A DNA stretch of 64,000 nt from Octopus sinensis (Eukaryota), in NCBI RefSeq assembly GCF_006345805.1, contig NC_042998.1, positions 146,630,001-146,694,000 of the forward strand, read 5' to 3'. The notes below the pieces were generated by a model. The model was given only the letters and a program-made list of their open reading frames with translations, searched no databases and was not told the DNA's origin. The position numbers and the translations under genes were made by a program. Below are positions 26,321-39,700 of this stretch, in pieces (the first letter of the stretch is position 1; the number at the start of each line of letters is the position of its first letter).

Positions 26321-28496
26321 GTAAATGATATTACAGATGACAACAAAAGTGTTGACTCAACTTATAACAAGCTTCAATTCTGGTTTGTGTTTACAACCAT
26401 GGCATTATTATGAAAAAAAAATGATTAAAAATATCAAACATTTCTTTTGTACTTTTTCTGTAAGGAACATAAATTTATATCTGGGTTAAAAATAGAAAAA
26501 AATTATATAAATATATTTTAATGCATATGCATTACTTGTTTCACTTGTTTCCAGTCATATCCTTACATTATATTATACATTCACATTATATTATATATAT
26601 ATTACATTATAGTATAGCTCTAGGTTTGATGCAATATAGATATGATATATTCAAATCTATCAAACACTTCAGTAAACTTTGTATTTGCAAAATATTTATC
26701 ATTGTAGTCTTTATAAAGATAACACCCACCACCAAAAAAAAAAGATGTATCTCAAGGTTTGGTTATAGCTCACACACTCTTTCATCCGTACATTACTCAT
26801 AATCGCTTTAACCACATGTAATCCTAGATAACTGATGCCACTCTTCACTTGTCAAGTATTTGTACACAAGCATCCTGGGCAACTTATGACAGCACTCTGC
26901 TTTCTTGTAAAATAGTTTACCGAGCCATGAAATGAAATCTTCATGTTCTTCAACACAGTTGCTCCGCATATCAAGGAAAATGTCTTGTACTTCCCCTTAT
27001 GTCTGAATCACAGATACACACATGAAACTGTTAGAGTTGCTACAAATATTAGGCTATATAATCTATGAAAATATCTCAAGGCAATATCACACTGTCAAAC
27101 CTCCATCTAAAAGATTAGGTTTCATTTTCAACTTTGATTAGTGGCTGATATGACACATATCTAGGACAGATTTGAAGCCACACACAAACTTCTTTTAAAA
27201 GCCTTCTTGATGACTAGTAGCCTTAATAATTCATGCTAAATACTTGACTTTGCAGAACCATGGTAAACATCAGGCAGTCTCCTTTAGTCAATGTTGACCA
27301 GACAATACACATATGAGCAGGCTTGGATATCTTTTTTTGTGGAAGAATAACAGTTGTTCATGCATGCATATCTCCTCTCTCCACACCACTGATGTATATC
27401 TAAGGGAGAAAAACCCATTGACTTAGGCCTATTCAGCATGGCACCAAGTCATTGCAGGTGTTACTGCCAGAATACAAAGACCCAGAACAAGTGCTATCTA
27501 ACAGTTCTACCAATTCACCATCATGATGATATAAAATATTTAACAATGATTTTGATTATACAGGTTGTTTCTGCTGTTAAACCCCGGGACAGTTCTGATT
27601 TAGATGACCCATCCTTGAAGGTTGCCAATCCATAATTACCCCAATTTCTTTGCAGACTTAGTGTATCAAGGACAATATTATCAAACATATTTTTCCTTTT
27701 TAAGATGGTATGATGTCATCTGAATGAGATTTAGTTGCTATTTCTTGCAGGTCATGAGACTACAAAGGCTCTGTTGTCAGCCTATTGTTGTATTCTTTAA
27801 ATTTAGATAGCTCTGGCGTTAAGGGATATATTTCTTCTATTCATGGTAAAATAAATTCTCACCACAGCATTTTACATTTGACTGAGGTGTATTTACAGGA
27901 AGAGAGAACATTAGAATTCAGAATAGAAATATTATAATTAATGATTGAACACCATCAATAAACTAAGATCTCAATGTCACGATTGTATCTAGTAGTCATG
28001 CTTTATGCAACATTATATGTGAGGGAATGAATCAAAGGCTCAGTAACTGAGATTATTGATTGGCAGCAACAACTAGCTTAGATCAGGGAAACAAGGAAGT
28101 ACAGCTGAACAGACACATTATCCATATAATAAATACTACAGTTGCCAGGTGGATGGTAAACCAGTTTGTACGAGCCATGTGAGACTATTGTTTTCTTCCT
28201 AGGATCTAGTAAAAACAATTTCCTGTGTGCATCTTTAATATCTAGGCTGCTATAAATATTTAAAACAATAATACAATTTAAATTATTCTCCTGTCTTCTT
28301 GAACATCTAATTAGAATTCAATTAATTTATAGCATTATTTCGAATAATGATGTTTTTGTGAAATTAAGATATAATTATAAACGATATAATTTGCTTATTG
28401 ATTACCAAATTTAAAGTAAATATTGAATAACCATAACTTGACTAACATAAATGCAGTCTTAACAAATTAGCTGCTTGATGTGTGTGTATGTGAGCA

Positions 28497-29775
28497 ATGG
28501 ATGCAATGGATAAATTGCCACCATTTTATATATATAATTTCATGCATGCACATTGTTTGTTTTTGATTTTGTTAACTACACAGCATAATATGATCAGTTG
28601 GGTACTGTCTGTGAGAAAAACAGCACCACGATGCAATTCACACTGCCAGAAATTTGAAAATTGCATGTTGTACTGCTTGGCATTCAATGCCAGAAGCTCC
28701 AATACGAACATTTCAGGGTGTTTGGGTGCCAATCAGAGGACACTGCAGAGGATTCAGAGAGAGTTAGATGAGTCTAATGGTGATTATAAAGATATGGCAG
28801 CTTGGAAAACTCTGATCACTCTGATAAGAAAACAACTCCTAAATTTGTTGGTGAGATCCAGGTTATGATTGACAACAATCCCTCTAAGTTAATCAGGTCC
28901 ATCGCTAGGGACATAGGAGTGTCTGAGTTTCCTATCAGGCAGGTAGTGCATGAAGACATTCGGTATTCATTATACAAGATGAGAAAGGGCCAATTTTTAT
29001 CTCAAGCCATCAAGGACAAGGGGAAAGACCGTGCTACAAAGCTTTTGAACAAACCCAAATATCCCCTCCAACCGAACATGCTTTGGTTTTTCTCAGATGA
29101 GAAAAATTTCTGGCAAGATCAGATGGTGAACACAGAACAACCATTGGCTTGCCATGTTCCCAAAACATGTACCAAGAGTAATAAAAATCAAACATCCACT
29201 CAACATCATGGTGCTTGGGGTGATCACTAGTGATGGTGATGTTATGCCTCCATTTATATTCCCACACTACCTCACACGCAACATGGAGGCCTACATTGAG
29301 TGCCTGGAGGAGGTAGTGCTACCCTGGGTCAAGAGAGTAGCTGCTGGAAGACCCTATGTCTGGCAACAGGACTTCACATCATGCCATACAAGCAGGAGAA
29401 CCCAGTCATGGCAGTCAGACAATTTCTGCGACCACATCACCACTAACATGTGGCTATCTAACTCTCCAGACTGCAACCTTTTCAATTATTATGTGTGGGG
29501 TACAGTTAAGCGAGACACCAACAAAACTCCTTGTAATACCAGAGATGAACTGAAGGTAAGGATTATGGCAGCATTCACCAACTTAAACGCGGAGATCGTC
29601 CAGAAGAGTGGCAAGAGATTCTGAAGTTGTCTGGAGGCTGTGGTTGAAGCCAATGGTGATTTTATTGAATAAATTTAATCTTTAGTATTTCAAGATATTA
29701 TTATGTAATTTTGGTAAATATATCTGTTGAAATGAGATGCCAAAAATGAGATGACAATTTATTCACTGCACCCTG
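28497..29775 (+). mobile_element. Tc1/mariner-superfamily DD37D (maT-like) transposon, inactivated
   Basis: FSDEKNF, IMVLGVITSDG, WQQD-(37 aa)-SPDCNLFN (third D mutated to N). Right TIR gacaatttattcactgcaccctg; degenerate left TIR ggatgcaatggataaattgcc. Confidence 0.85.
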
Positions 29776-30091
29776 GCACATAAAAAGCATCATTTAAGTG
29801 TTATCATTGCCAGTGCTGCCTGACTGGCTCCTGTGCCAGTGGCACATAAAAGGCATCATTCGAGCATGGCCTATGTCAGTGCTGGCTGATTGGCCCTGTG
29901 CCAGTGACATGTAAAAAGCACCCACCACACTCTCAGAGTGGCTGGTGTTAGGAAGGGTGTCCAGCTGTAGAAACTTTGCCAGACCAGATAGGAGCCTGGT
30001 GCAGCCTTCTAGCTTGCTAGCCCTCAGTCAAACTGTCCAACCCATGCAAGCATAGAAAGCGGATGTTAAAGAACGATGATGATGATGATGT
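29776..30091 (+). mobile_element. RTE 3' UTR/tail fragment (older copy)
   Basis: Degenerate 3' UTR units, then ttaggaagggtgtccagctgtagaaac...cggatgttaaagaacgatgatgat. Confidence 0.8.
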
Positions 30092-30107
30092 TTTAAATAT
30101 ATATATA

Positions 30108-30167
<60 letters not shown>

Positions 30168-30172
30168 TACAT

Positions 30173-30618
30173 ACATCATCATCATCGTTTAACGTCTGTT
30201 TTCCATGCTAGCACGGGTTGGACGGTTCGACCGGGGTCTGGGAAGCCAGGGGCTGCTCCAGGCTCCAGTCTGATCTGGCAGAGTTTCTACGGCTGGATGC
30301 CCTTCCTAACGCCAACCACTCTGTGAGTGTAGTGGGTGCTTTTTACGTGCCACCTGCACAGGTGCCAGGGGGGGGTCCGGCATCGGTCACGATCGGTTGG
30401 AGCTTTTAACGTGCCAGCGGCACGGAAGCCAGCCAAGGCGGCGCTGGCAACGTTCGGATGGTCTTTTTATGTTCCACCGGCACAGGAGCCAGTCGGGGCG
30501 GCGCTGGCATCGGCCACGTTCGGATGGTGCACAGGCATCACAACTACTATTTCCATTGATATTTATTTCGACGTTCATGTTCATGTACTTGACTCAACAG
30601 GTCTCCTCAAGCACAGGT
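30173..30618 (-). mobile_element. RTE 3' UTR/tail fragment
   Basis: catcatcgtttaacgtctgttttccatgctagc...ctcaacaggtctcctcaagcacagg; TA-type tracts on both sides. Confidence 0.85.
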
Positions 30619-30812
30619 ACATATATATATATATATACACATATATATATACATATATATACATATATATATATACATATATATACACATATATATACAT
30701 ATATATATATACATATATATACACATATATATACATATATATATATATACATATATATACACATATATATACATATATATATATATACATATATATATAT
30801 AGTATATATATA

Positions 30813-31194
30813 GGCGCAGGAGTGGCTGTGTGGTAAGTAGCTTGTTTACCAACCACATGGTTCCGGGTTCAGTCCCACTGCATGGCACCTTGGGCAAGTG
30901 TCTTCTACTATAGCCTCGGGCCGACCGAAGCCTTGTGAGTGGATTTGGTAGATGGAAACTGAAAGAAGCCCGTCGTATATATGTATATATATGCGTGTGT
31001 GTGTTTGTGTGTCTGTGTTTGTCCCCCTAGCATTGCTTGACAACCGATGCTGGTGTGTTTATGTCCTCATTACTTAGCGGTTCAGCAAAAGAGACTGATA
31101 GAATAAGTACTGAGCTTACAAAAGAATAAGTCCTGGGGTCGAGGTGCTCGATTAAAGGCTTAAATGATTAAATGACTGAAACAAGTAAAAGAGT
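30813..31194 (+). mobile_element. Full-length family B SINE
   Basis: Head ggcgcaggagtggctgtgtggtaag (A box) ... gggttcagtccc (B box), ccttgggcaagtgtctt, internal TA/TG tract, tail gactgaaacaagtaaaagag. Confidence 0.9.
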
Positions 31195-31651
31195 ATATAT
31201 ATATAATATATAATATATAATATATATATCGTGAATCCCCAAATTCCACTGAATTTAGGTAAATAATTTTTCGAACAGATGGTCAGTAGCAACGCCTTCT
31301 GGGTTTGGCTGCTCTGCATTGATAAGGGGCAAGTATCCTGAAACTAGTCTGCAGATGCCTGACCAGCAAGGGGAAGCGGCTGACCTCCTCTGTTCGAAGG
31401 TTGTAATGGACACAGGTTTGTGTGTCACATAGCTAGCTAGAGGTGATTGCCTCCTGGAGCTGATCAACAGCAGCATTCATCCTATATTTCTGGACTGCCA
31501 TATTAGCTTGGCGATAACTGTTAATATCCAGTACCGCTGCCGTAGTATCCGTTAGAGAGACCTAGAAATATTAATATTTCTATACAATATATTTATATAT
31601 ATATATATATATATGTATGTAATATATACATGTATATATGTATATGTAATA

Positions 31652-31945
31652 TCACATGATCACGTGACCGATCAGTCCATCAGATGTAGTTACACATCGC
31701 TGGTCACAATGCATTCGCATTGTTTTAGCCTTCGAATGACGCCACCCCGCTGGCTAAGCGAGCAGGCCAACAGAAGAAAGAGTGGTGAAAGAGTATGGCA
31801 CGGATCACCACCCCCTGCCGGAGCCTCGTGGAGCTTTTAGGTGTTTTCGGTCAATAAACACTCACAACGCCCGGTCTGGGAATCGAAACCGCGATCCTAC
31901 GACCGCGAGTCCGCTGCCCTAACCATTGGGCCATTGCGCCTCCAC
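31652..31945 (-). mobile_element. tRNA(Arg)-like-headed SINE, family C (resembles octopus OR-type SINEs)
   Basis: Minus strand: ggaggcgcaatggcccaatggttagggcagcggactcgcggtcgtaggatcgcggtttcgattccc, followed by a non-tRNA body; CpGs retained, so probably young. Confidence 0.8.
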
Positions 31946-31952
31946 ATATATG

Positions 31953-31989
<37 letters not shown>

Positions 31990-31994
<5 letters not shown>

Positions 31995-32245
31995 TCATCA
32001 TCATCATCATCGTTTAACGTCCGCTTTCCATAGTAGTATGGGTTGGACGATTTTGACTGAGGGCTGACGAACCAGATGGCTGCACCAGGCTCCAATCTTG
32101 ATCTGGCAGAGTTTCTACAGCTGGATACCCTTCCTAACGCCAACCACTCCAAGAGTGTAGTGAGTGCTTTTTACGTGTCACCGGCACGGGGGCCAGTCAG
32201 GCAGTACTGGCAATGACCGCGCTCGAATCTTTTTACACATGCTAC
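31990..32245 (-). mobile_element. RTE 3' tail fragment
   Basis: (TA)n-(CAT)n-cgtttaacgtccgctttcca...ccttcctaacgccaaccactcc. Confidence 0.85.
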
Positions 32246-32294
32246 CAGTATGTATATATATATATGTTTGTGTAATATATATATATGTAATTTA

Positions 32295-32955
32295 TCTATT
32301 ATATAAAATCCTTTCTGTCTATCTGTGTGTGTGTCTTCTAGGATCTCAGTCATCCTCCATCCAATTGCGCTGAAATTTGATAAGTAGATACCGACGGTAT
32401 CAGGCCGTGTATAAGTCTTGAAAAAATGACAAAAATCAATTCCAGGTGAGAATGCGATCGATAAAGCTGTCGGAACGTGCATTTGTATGTGCAAGTACAT
32501 CAGCTGTTGCGATTGATACTACACGTATGCGAGAAAAATGCACATGCAGTTTGCGCAAAAAAGCCAGCTGGCTTGAAATAATGCCACAAAATGCAGTATA
32601 TTTAAGAGACCAAAAAAGAAAGATGCAAGAGATATTTTCTTCAAACGTTTCTTTTCTGCCAAGCTTACTGTTTAAACCATGTTTGTGTTCTCCCGGTCAA
32701 CAGCCTTATCATTACTGGTACTTTAAACTCTTCGGTTGCATATTTGTGTGAATAAAATCGTTTTTCTTTGGAATAGAAAAAAGTCTATCTTTATTTCTTC
32801 TTTTACTGGTGTCAAAAAATTTAGGTTAAATCAGTGTTCCTCAAAGGGGAGGCCTATGGGACGGTCGGACACGTTGTTTTGAGAAAATTTGGTTTAAATG
32901 TTTGACAACAACTCAGCACAGTCCATTGGGCGGCGGGGGGGGGGCGTTTTGCTTG
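32295..32955 (+). mobile_element. Non-autonomous Helitron-like element
   Basis: A|TCTATTATATAAAATCCTTTCTGTCTATCTGTGTGTG 5' end; GC-rich 3' end finishing CTTG|T, one mismatch from CTRR; inserted between A and T with no TSD. Confidence 0.55.
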
Positions 32956-34334
32956 TGTATATATATATACATATATTTATATATATGCATGTATAAAGAC
33001 ACACACACATGTGTGTGTATGTACCTTCATCATTTAATGTCTATGTTCCATATTGGCAAATGTAGTGTGAGATAGGGTTCAAGGATTGTATCATGTACCA
33101 TTGTCTACTTAAGCATGCTTTCTATGGCTGGATGCTCTTCCTAACACCAACTACTTTATAGCATACTATTCATACCAAAAGCACTAGCCAAGTTGCTAAG
33201 CAGCTTGCAAGGCTATGACCCCACCACACACACACAAAAGAGGTAACTTTATGCTAGAAGATGAGAGATTAAGATATGAAGGAAGGGTCCAGAGCAGAAT
33301 AGATTTCTTTCTGTATAAGAGCTACATGACTTCTCACATTTAAGAATCGGGATGGGGTGATCAGGTTAGAGCTGGGAAGAGATGAAAATAACAGTGATGA
33401 GTTGTCTGGGTGGACCATCAACTGTCTTTTTGTTTTATTATATTCTCTTAAAAACTGCTTTGTTTTGTGCTATAATCAGCTTAGTAATATTCTCCTCTCA
33501 AACTATACAGTTCATAATTTATTCTGGTACAGCTCTTAGTTTTTAATTCTGAATCCATTATGTACGTACTACTTCTATGCATTTGTAACAAGCAATAAAA
33601 ATGAATTATATGAATGAGAGAATTATGCTTAGTGCACTATTCTACAATCTATTTTATTGTTTTTACATTTTTATTCATTATTGAAACGTTGATCATACTG
33701 AATACCATAAATATCAACTGACAAAGATATTAAAGTGCAACAATAAATATAATGACAAACTGAGCCATTTAGATGATTGCTTGATATGAAATGCTGCCTC
33801 TGATGGCATCACATTTCACAGGTGGAGGCTCCAGAGAAAATGTATATTTATATAAAGATTTTCAAGTCTTCTATGAGGTAATATAAATGGTGATTTCACT
33901 TTGAAGATTTGATGATGCTTGTAATTCTTTTAAGTAACTTGTTTATTCTGGCCATTATTCTCATATCAAGTAACAGGACTGAATTAAGTGAAGATGTTGA
34001 ATATAAACTAGCTTGTAGCTAAAAATCAATGCTATCACTTACGTCTTCAACAGATAATGCTTTGAATAATATGTTCTTTTTTTTCTTATAAGTAGTTTGA
34101 CTAATTCATATTGCTGCATCCCCCCTAGATTACATACATACATACAATGTTATGTATACACACACACACATTATATTTTGATTTATTTACAATTCAAACA
34201 CATTTTGCTATCTGAAGCAAGACTCATTACATATAAAGAAAGAAATAATGAAATTGATCTTTGTGGGAAGAGTAAAAGAAATCAATATGAATTTGAAAGT
34301 TAGAGATGTCGTTTTGAGTTTTTACCACTGCATA

Positions 34335-34723
34335 AAGCCGTGTGTGGCTAAGAAACTTGCTTTCCAACCATGTGATCCTGTGTTCACTTCCATTGGGCCA
34401 ACCAAAGCCTTGAGAGTGGATTTGGTACATGGACACCAAAAGAAGCCCATTGTATGTATGTATGTGTGTGTGTGGGCGCATTCTTGTGTATCCTTGTCCT
34501 GACATCACAAAATGGTTGTAAATGAGCATCACTGTCATATAAGTGATGTTGTTCATTTCTAGTCTTTCATAGAAAACATGACTGACCATGGAAAATATTA
34601 CCTTGCTTGGAAACAGGTGAGGGTTGGTAATAGTAAGGGAGTCCTGCCATAGAAAATCTGTCTTAACAAATTCTGTTTGATCTATGCAAGCATGGAAAAT
34701 GGGCATTAAATCATGATGATGAT
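34335..34723 (+). mobile_element. Family B SINE head with an RTE-type 3' tail
   Basis: B-family head/core, then ttggaaacaggtgagggttgg...gcaagcatggaaaatgggcattaaatcatgatgatga. Confidence 0.7.
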
Positions 34724-34971
34724 TATATATATATATATCTCTCTATCCTTCCAAGCACTGCTGTAAACAACAGGAGCCAGCGAGAACATTAAAACTTAGT
34801 GTGTATGCACAGCAGAGTTCAAGCAACTTCACTCTGTGTACTTTAGCTTCATTACTATGGCAACAGTCTGGATACTTATTGATCAAACCTTGTATTCATG
34901 CACGGATGTTCATTATCTGAATATTTAGAGTCTTTGTTTTCTCTCCATTTACATGTATATATGTATGTATA

Positions 34972-36284
34972 TGAGGGGTTACCCAGAGAAACTAGAATTT
35001 TGCAATGCTAATTTATTCACTTAGTTTTACATATTTACACTTTTATTGCCTTCAAAGTATTCTCCATTTGAAGTAATGCATTGGTCCAGTCATGTTTTCC
35101 ACTGTTCAAAGCAGTCCTGGAACTCTTGTGAAGTGTTGCCTTTTCATGCTTCTGTTGTTCTTTTCTTCACCTCTTCCAAATCTGCAAAACGTTTTCCTTT
35201 AAGGACTCTTTTCATTCGGGGGAACAAAAGAAAGTCACAGGGAGCGAGATTGGGCAAATAGGAAAGGTGGGTGAGTGAGGTCATGCTATTTTTGGCAAAA
35301 ACTGTCTCATATCCAAGGTGATGTGCGCAGGTGCATTGTCATGATGAAACCACCACTCTCCACTTTGCCACAAGTTGGGACGTTTTCATCTCACTGCATC
35401 TTGTAAATGCTTCAGAACTGCCAAGTAAAATGTCTGGTCAATAGTTTGACCAGGAGGAACAAATTCTGTGTGGACAATTCCTTTTGCATTAATGAAATAA
35501 ATCAGCATCGTTTCAATATTGGACTTCACTTGGCGTGCTTTTTTGGGGTGTGGTGACATTGAGTGCTTCCACTGACTTGATTGCTGATTCGTTCCTGTCA
35601 TAGCAATAGCATCAACTTTCATCACCAGTGATGACCTTTGGAAAAAGGTCTGGATCAACTTCCAACTGTTCTTTCAGTTCACAGCACACATTCAGTCATG
35701 ACTGCTTTTGATCTGTGAGCAAGTGAGGTACAAATTTTGCTGGAACTCTTTTCATTTGCAATTGCTTGCTCAAAATTCGTTGGCAGGAGCTCCAAGATAT
35801 ACCAGTTATATCAACAAGTTCATCAATTGTTCAGCAATGGCCATCTAAAATCAGTTCATGAATTTTGGTGATGTTTTCATTTGCTCAAGAGGTCGACGGT
35901 GACCCTGAATAAGGTGGGTCTTCAAGTGAAAAGTGACCATTCCTAAAGTGTGAAAACCATTCATACACTTGTGTTTTGCTCGTGGCAGCATCCTCATAAG
36001 TTGTTTGAAGCATGACAACTGTTTCAGTCACTGTTTTCCCCAGCAGAAAACAGAATTTCATGGAAGCACGCTGTCCCTTCACTTCAGCCATTGCAGAAAT
36101 TGACAAACAGGGAGAAACTCTGCAAAACTAAGACACACCCCATGGCAGTATGACTTCACTCAACGACACCAGTTGGCAGACTGTTGCTTGAGGGTTGCAT
36201 CAAGTGGCTTCCAGTGGCAGAAGCCTGAACTACAATGGGTTTGTCCCATAGAGCACATTTCTGTTTACTTTTGGGTACCCATCA
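34972..36284 (-). mobile_element. Second full-length mariner (irritans-like N terminus), inactivated
   Basis: TA flanks at 34970-34971 and 36285-36286; TIRs tgaggggttacccagagaaac / gtttacttttgggtacccatca; QRASMKFCFLLGKT..ET..MLQ, QVYEWF, SLED..SG.PSTS, degenerate LAPCDFLLF. Confidence 0.88.
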
Positions 36285-38229
36285 TATTTTATATATTTAA
36301 CCTTAGCAGTTTTATTTGTTTATTTGCATCATTATCTCCATATTAGCTCACCTAGATTCCTCTTATAACCATCCTTTACCCAATGGACTTAGTCTTCAAT
36401 AAAGATATCAGGAGTTAAAATCATATGAGCACTATGAAATTTTTCTCTATATTGAGCATCTTTGGTTCTCATCTGTTGACTCTATCTTTCTAGGTATGTA
36501 TGTGTGTGTGTGTGTGTGTATGTATGCATGCATGTATGTCAGGTCACTTTCGAGTGCTACTGGTAACATGTAACCCAGTACAACCTGTTGTATGGTCGGG
36601 CGAAATGTATGTACGTACTTCTATGATAAATATAAATAGAGAATAAAAATAATCAAAGCAGTAACATGTATTTTGACCAGTGATGACAAATTAAGAAACA
36701 AGCATCATTAAATGTGAACATGAAAGAAAAGATTATGTTAATAGGAATAAATAATTCTTGCTATGTAATAAAATATTTTGAGCATTTGGCGAAATTCCAA
36801 ATCAAAGTCTATCAGGTTTATCTGATTAAAAAAAAGAAAAGGAATTCTGCACTTGTGTCTCCTCTTGATAGGTCATTGTTGAAGCTTTACTCAAAATAAA
36901 TGCCATGGTGAAATATTGAAAGGATTGGCATGCAGTCATCAAGGAAATTGATCAAGGAATGATAAAATGAGATCTGTAAATTTTTAATAAGGTTTCTCTA
37001 TAAATTATTCATTATTTTTTAATATTAATAGTTGCAGTTCAATAGTTTGCTTGCATTTATTGTATGTTGAACACCAATCATTATAATAGATATAACATAT
37101 ATCACATGAGGTTGGAAAATACTAATATTAAAAGGAAAATAAAATCAGGCAGAGAAGTCATCAGGTTATGTGGAACAGCAATCAAAATAAACATAACATT
37201 TATATATTACACATTGAAGAAAAATGGTATTAATAATGGTGAAATAAATCATTTTAAAGGTGAATTTTAAAGTGGATTCAGCTAGAAATAATGGCAATAC
37301 TATATTGAAATAAAAATGACGCATAAATTAAAAAATGATTGGAGACTACCTGCTGGATATGAACCCACAAACAAACTAATAATGGTTTCTAATTTAGACA
37401 TAAGGTCAGCAATTTTGAGAGGAGAAGGTGATTTGATACCTTCAAACCCAGGACTTAGCTGGTATTTTATTTTATTGACTCTGGTGAGATGAAAGATTGT
37501 AAAGAACAAGAAATACTGCAAGCCAGCATTTCTGACACTCTAATGATTCTGCCAACTCACTGCTCCAAAATGATATTAAAAATAATTGAAATAAAAAACA
37601 GAGCTTTATTTAAGTCTTACTTAGACTTGGAGCAATTCATGAAGTCAATAAAATTTTACTGAAAGGCTTAGATTGAATATATTTTATTCTTGTAGAAATG
37701 AACAGATATTTAAAATTGTCTTCTTACACATACACTTTATAAACCCCGACATTTTTATCATTTCCTAAGAAGAGTTAAATCTAACACAATGATTTTTCAG
37801 TTTCCAGTGAGTCAAGTACTCTATCAGGAAGTTGTTCTTTCCTCTCTTTTCTTTCCCTGTGATATAAACAGAGTTCCAGTGTTTTATTTAGTGTTTGCAC
37901 ATTTTCATTGGTGAAGTTCATATATGCTCAACTTTTGGATAGTGCAACTTCCCAATAACAATAAACAATGCACATCACTCTAACTAATACTGACGGGCTC
38001 TGCCTAATAAAAAAGGAAGAAAACAGAGGATTGCTAAATGCAGAAGACACTATTAGCACTTTGCTATTGGGATTAAAAAGCTATTCAATGTGTAGTGAAG
38101 AAAGAATATGATTAGCAGCTAGAAATATCCCCCTCCCCCCAAAAAAACAGGAGAATTCAAGAATAGAAGGAGTAACAAGAAAAGTAGCTGGAAAGAGAAA
38201 GAATTACATGACTAATTCATGCAACAAAC

Positions 38230-38987
38230 CAAGGATGTTCAAAGTAAAGAATGTTGGTTGTGGCTAATGGATGGAAACCTGAAGTGAGAAACTGGATTGC
38301 TAATTATAGCTGTTCAGCAACTAGCTGTTAGAATAAAACTGATAAAAGGCAAAGAATGATAAAACTCAGAGAGCAAACGCAGAACCTGTGGGAAAAGAAA
38401 TGAAAGAATTAACCACCTTTTAAGTGAATGCAGTGAGCTAGTATAAAGAGAGTATAAGTGTAGGCATAACTGTGTAGGTGAAAGAATGCATTGGGATGTT
38501 AGCCAAATACATGCATTCAAAGTAACAGAAACAAAGTATGAACATGGGCCAGAAGGTGTGATGGGAAACAATAATTACAAGATTTTATGAAAAGACTAGA
38601 TATGATTGTAAAGGACAAAAGGAAAGATATTTATATAAAAAAAAAAAGAAAGAAAGAGTGTAAGATCATAGACTTTGCAATACCATATGATAACTGAGTG
38701 GATACTAAAGAAATTGAAAAAAATATCATGACCTAGCCAGAAAGATGAAGAGGTTATGGAAAACTAAGATGACAATTATTTTTACGGTAATTGGAGAACT
38801 TGGTACAACACCCAAACTGCTACCTAAAAGACTGATAGATATTAAAATTGAGACTTGCATTGTTGACCTGAAGTGCAAACTTGTATCCTGCAAGAATCTT
38901 AAGAAAGATCCTTCAGATTTGAGGAAACTTGGTGTCACCAAATCTCAAGGCAACATCCTGCTAACTAATGCAGCATGTAATGGCTTC

Positions 38988-39028
<41 letters not shown>
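38230..39028 (+). mobile_element. R4/Dong-type RLE LINE 3' fragment ending in (AAT)n
   Basis: CRTCGKRNERINHLLSEC (CCHC), KYHDLARKMKRLWKTK..VIGELGTTPKLL, ARILRKILQI*; tail (AAT)n at ~38988-39028. Confidence 0.78.
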
Positions 39029-39029
<1 letters not shown>

Positions 39030-39554
39030 CTATTGATTCAAAATATCAATATTTGTTACAATATTGGAATTGCTTTTATCATCAAAAGAAGTTATGCTGT
39101 GAAGGTACTGGCATAGCTGTGGTTCAGAAATTGCTTCAAAACTACGTGGTTCTAGGTTTGATTCCACTGCAGAGCAACTTGGTAAATGTCTTTTATTGTA
39201 GCTTTGGGCTTCCAATGCCATGAGAGCAGCATGAAACTGTTTAGAAGCTTGTCATGCATGTATATCTGTGTGTACAGGGAATTTTCTTTTTTTCTAATTA
39301 TTCATATTCTTCCTACAAAGAAACTGTGAGCATGAGTTAAATGGAATTTGTTGAGGCAGACTTTTCTATTGCTGTAAGTCCTTCTTGTTGCCATCCCTCA
39401 CTTGTTTTTAAGTAAGGCAATATTTTCTCATAGCTAGAGTGTTTTTCCTGGAAGATTGGAAACAAACAACAATGGTGATGCTTGTTTACAACCATTACAG
39501 GATGTCAAGACTAAGGTTGATATGGACATACATGCATATGTACATACATATATA

Positions 39555-39700
39555 TACACAATAACTTGTGTCTATCAAATCCACCTACAAGGCTTTGGTG
39601 TTCCTGAAACTATAGTAGAAGACACTTGCCCAAGCTGCTAAGCATCTTGAGATCACATGGTTGGAATCAAGCTTCTTAATGACATAGCCACACCTGCAAC
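39555..39700 (-). mobile_element. Family B SINE 5' fragment
   Basis: ctatcaaatccacctacaaggctttgg...ctatagtagaagacacttgcccaag...atgacatagccacacctgc. Confidence 0.7.

Noticed and set aside
30397-30897. ORFs rich in YI/YT/IY repeats
   Set aside because: Translations of TA/TACA microsatellite and SINE sequence.
31870-31945. tRNA-like cloverleaf (likewise 30813-30880 and 1320-1386)
   Set aside because: SINE heads: no proper acceptor stem, and each runs into a SINE body.
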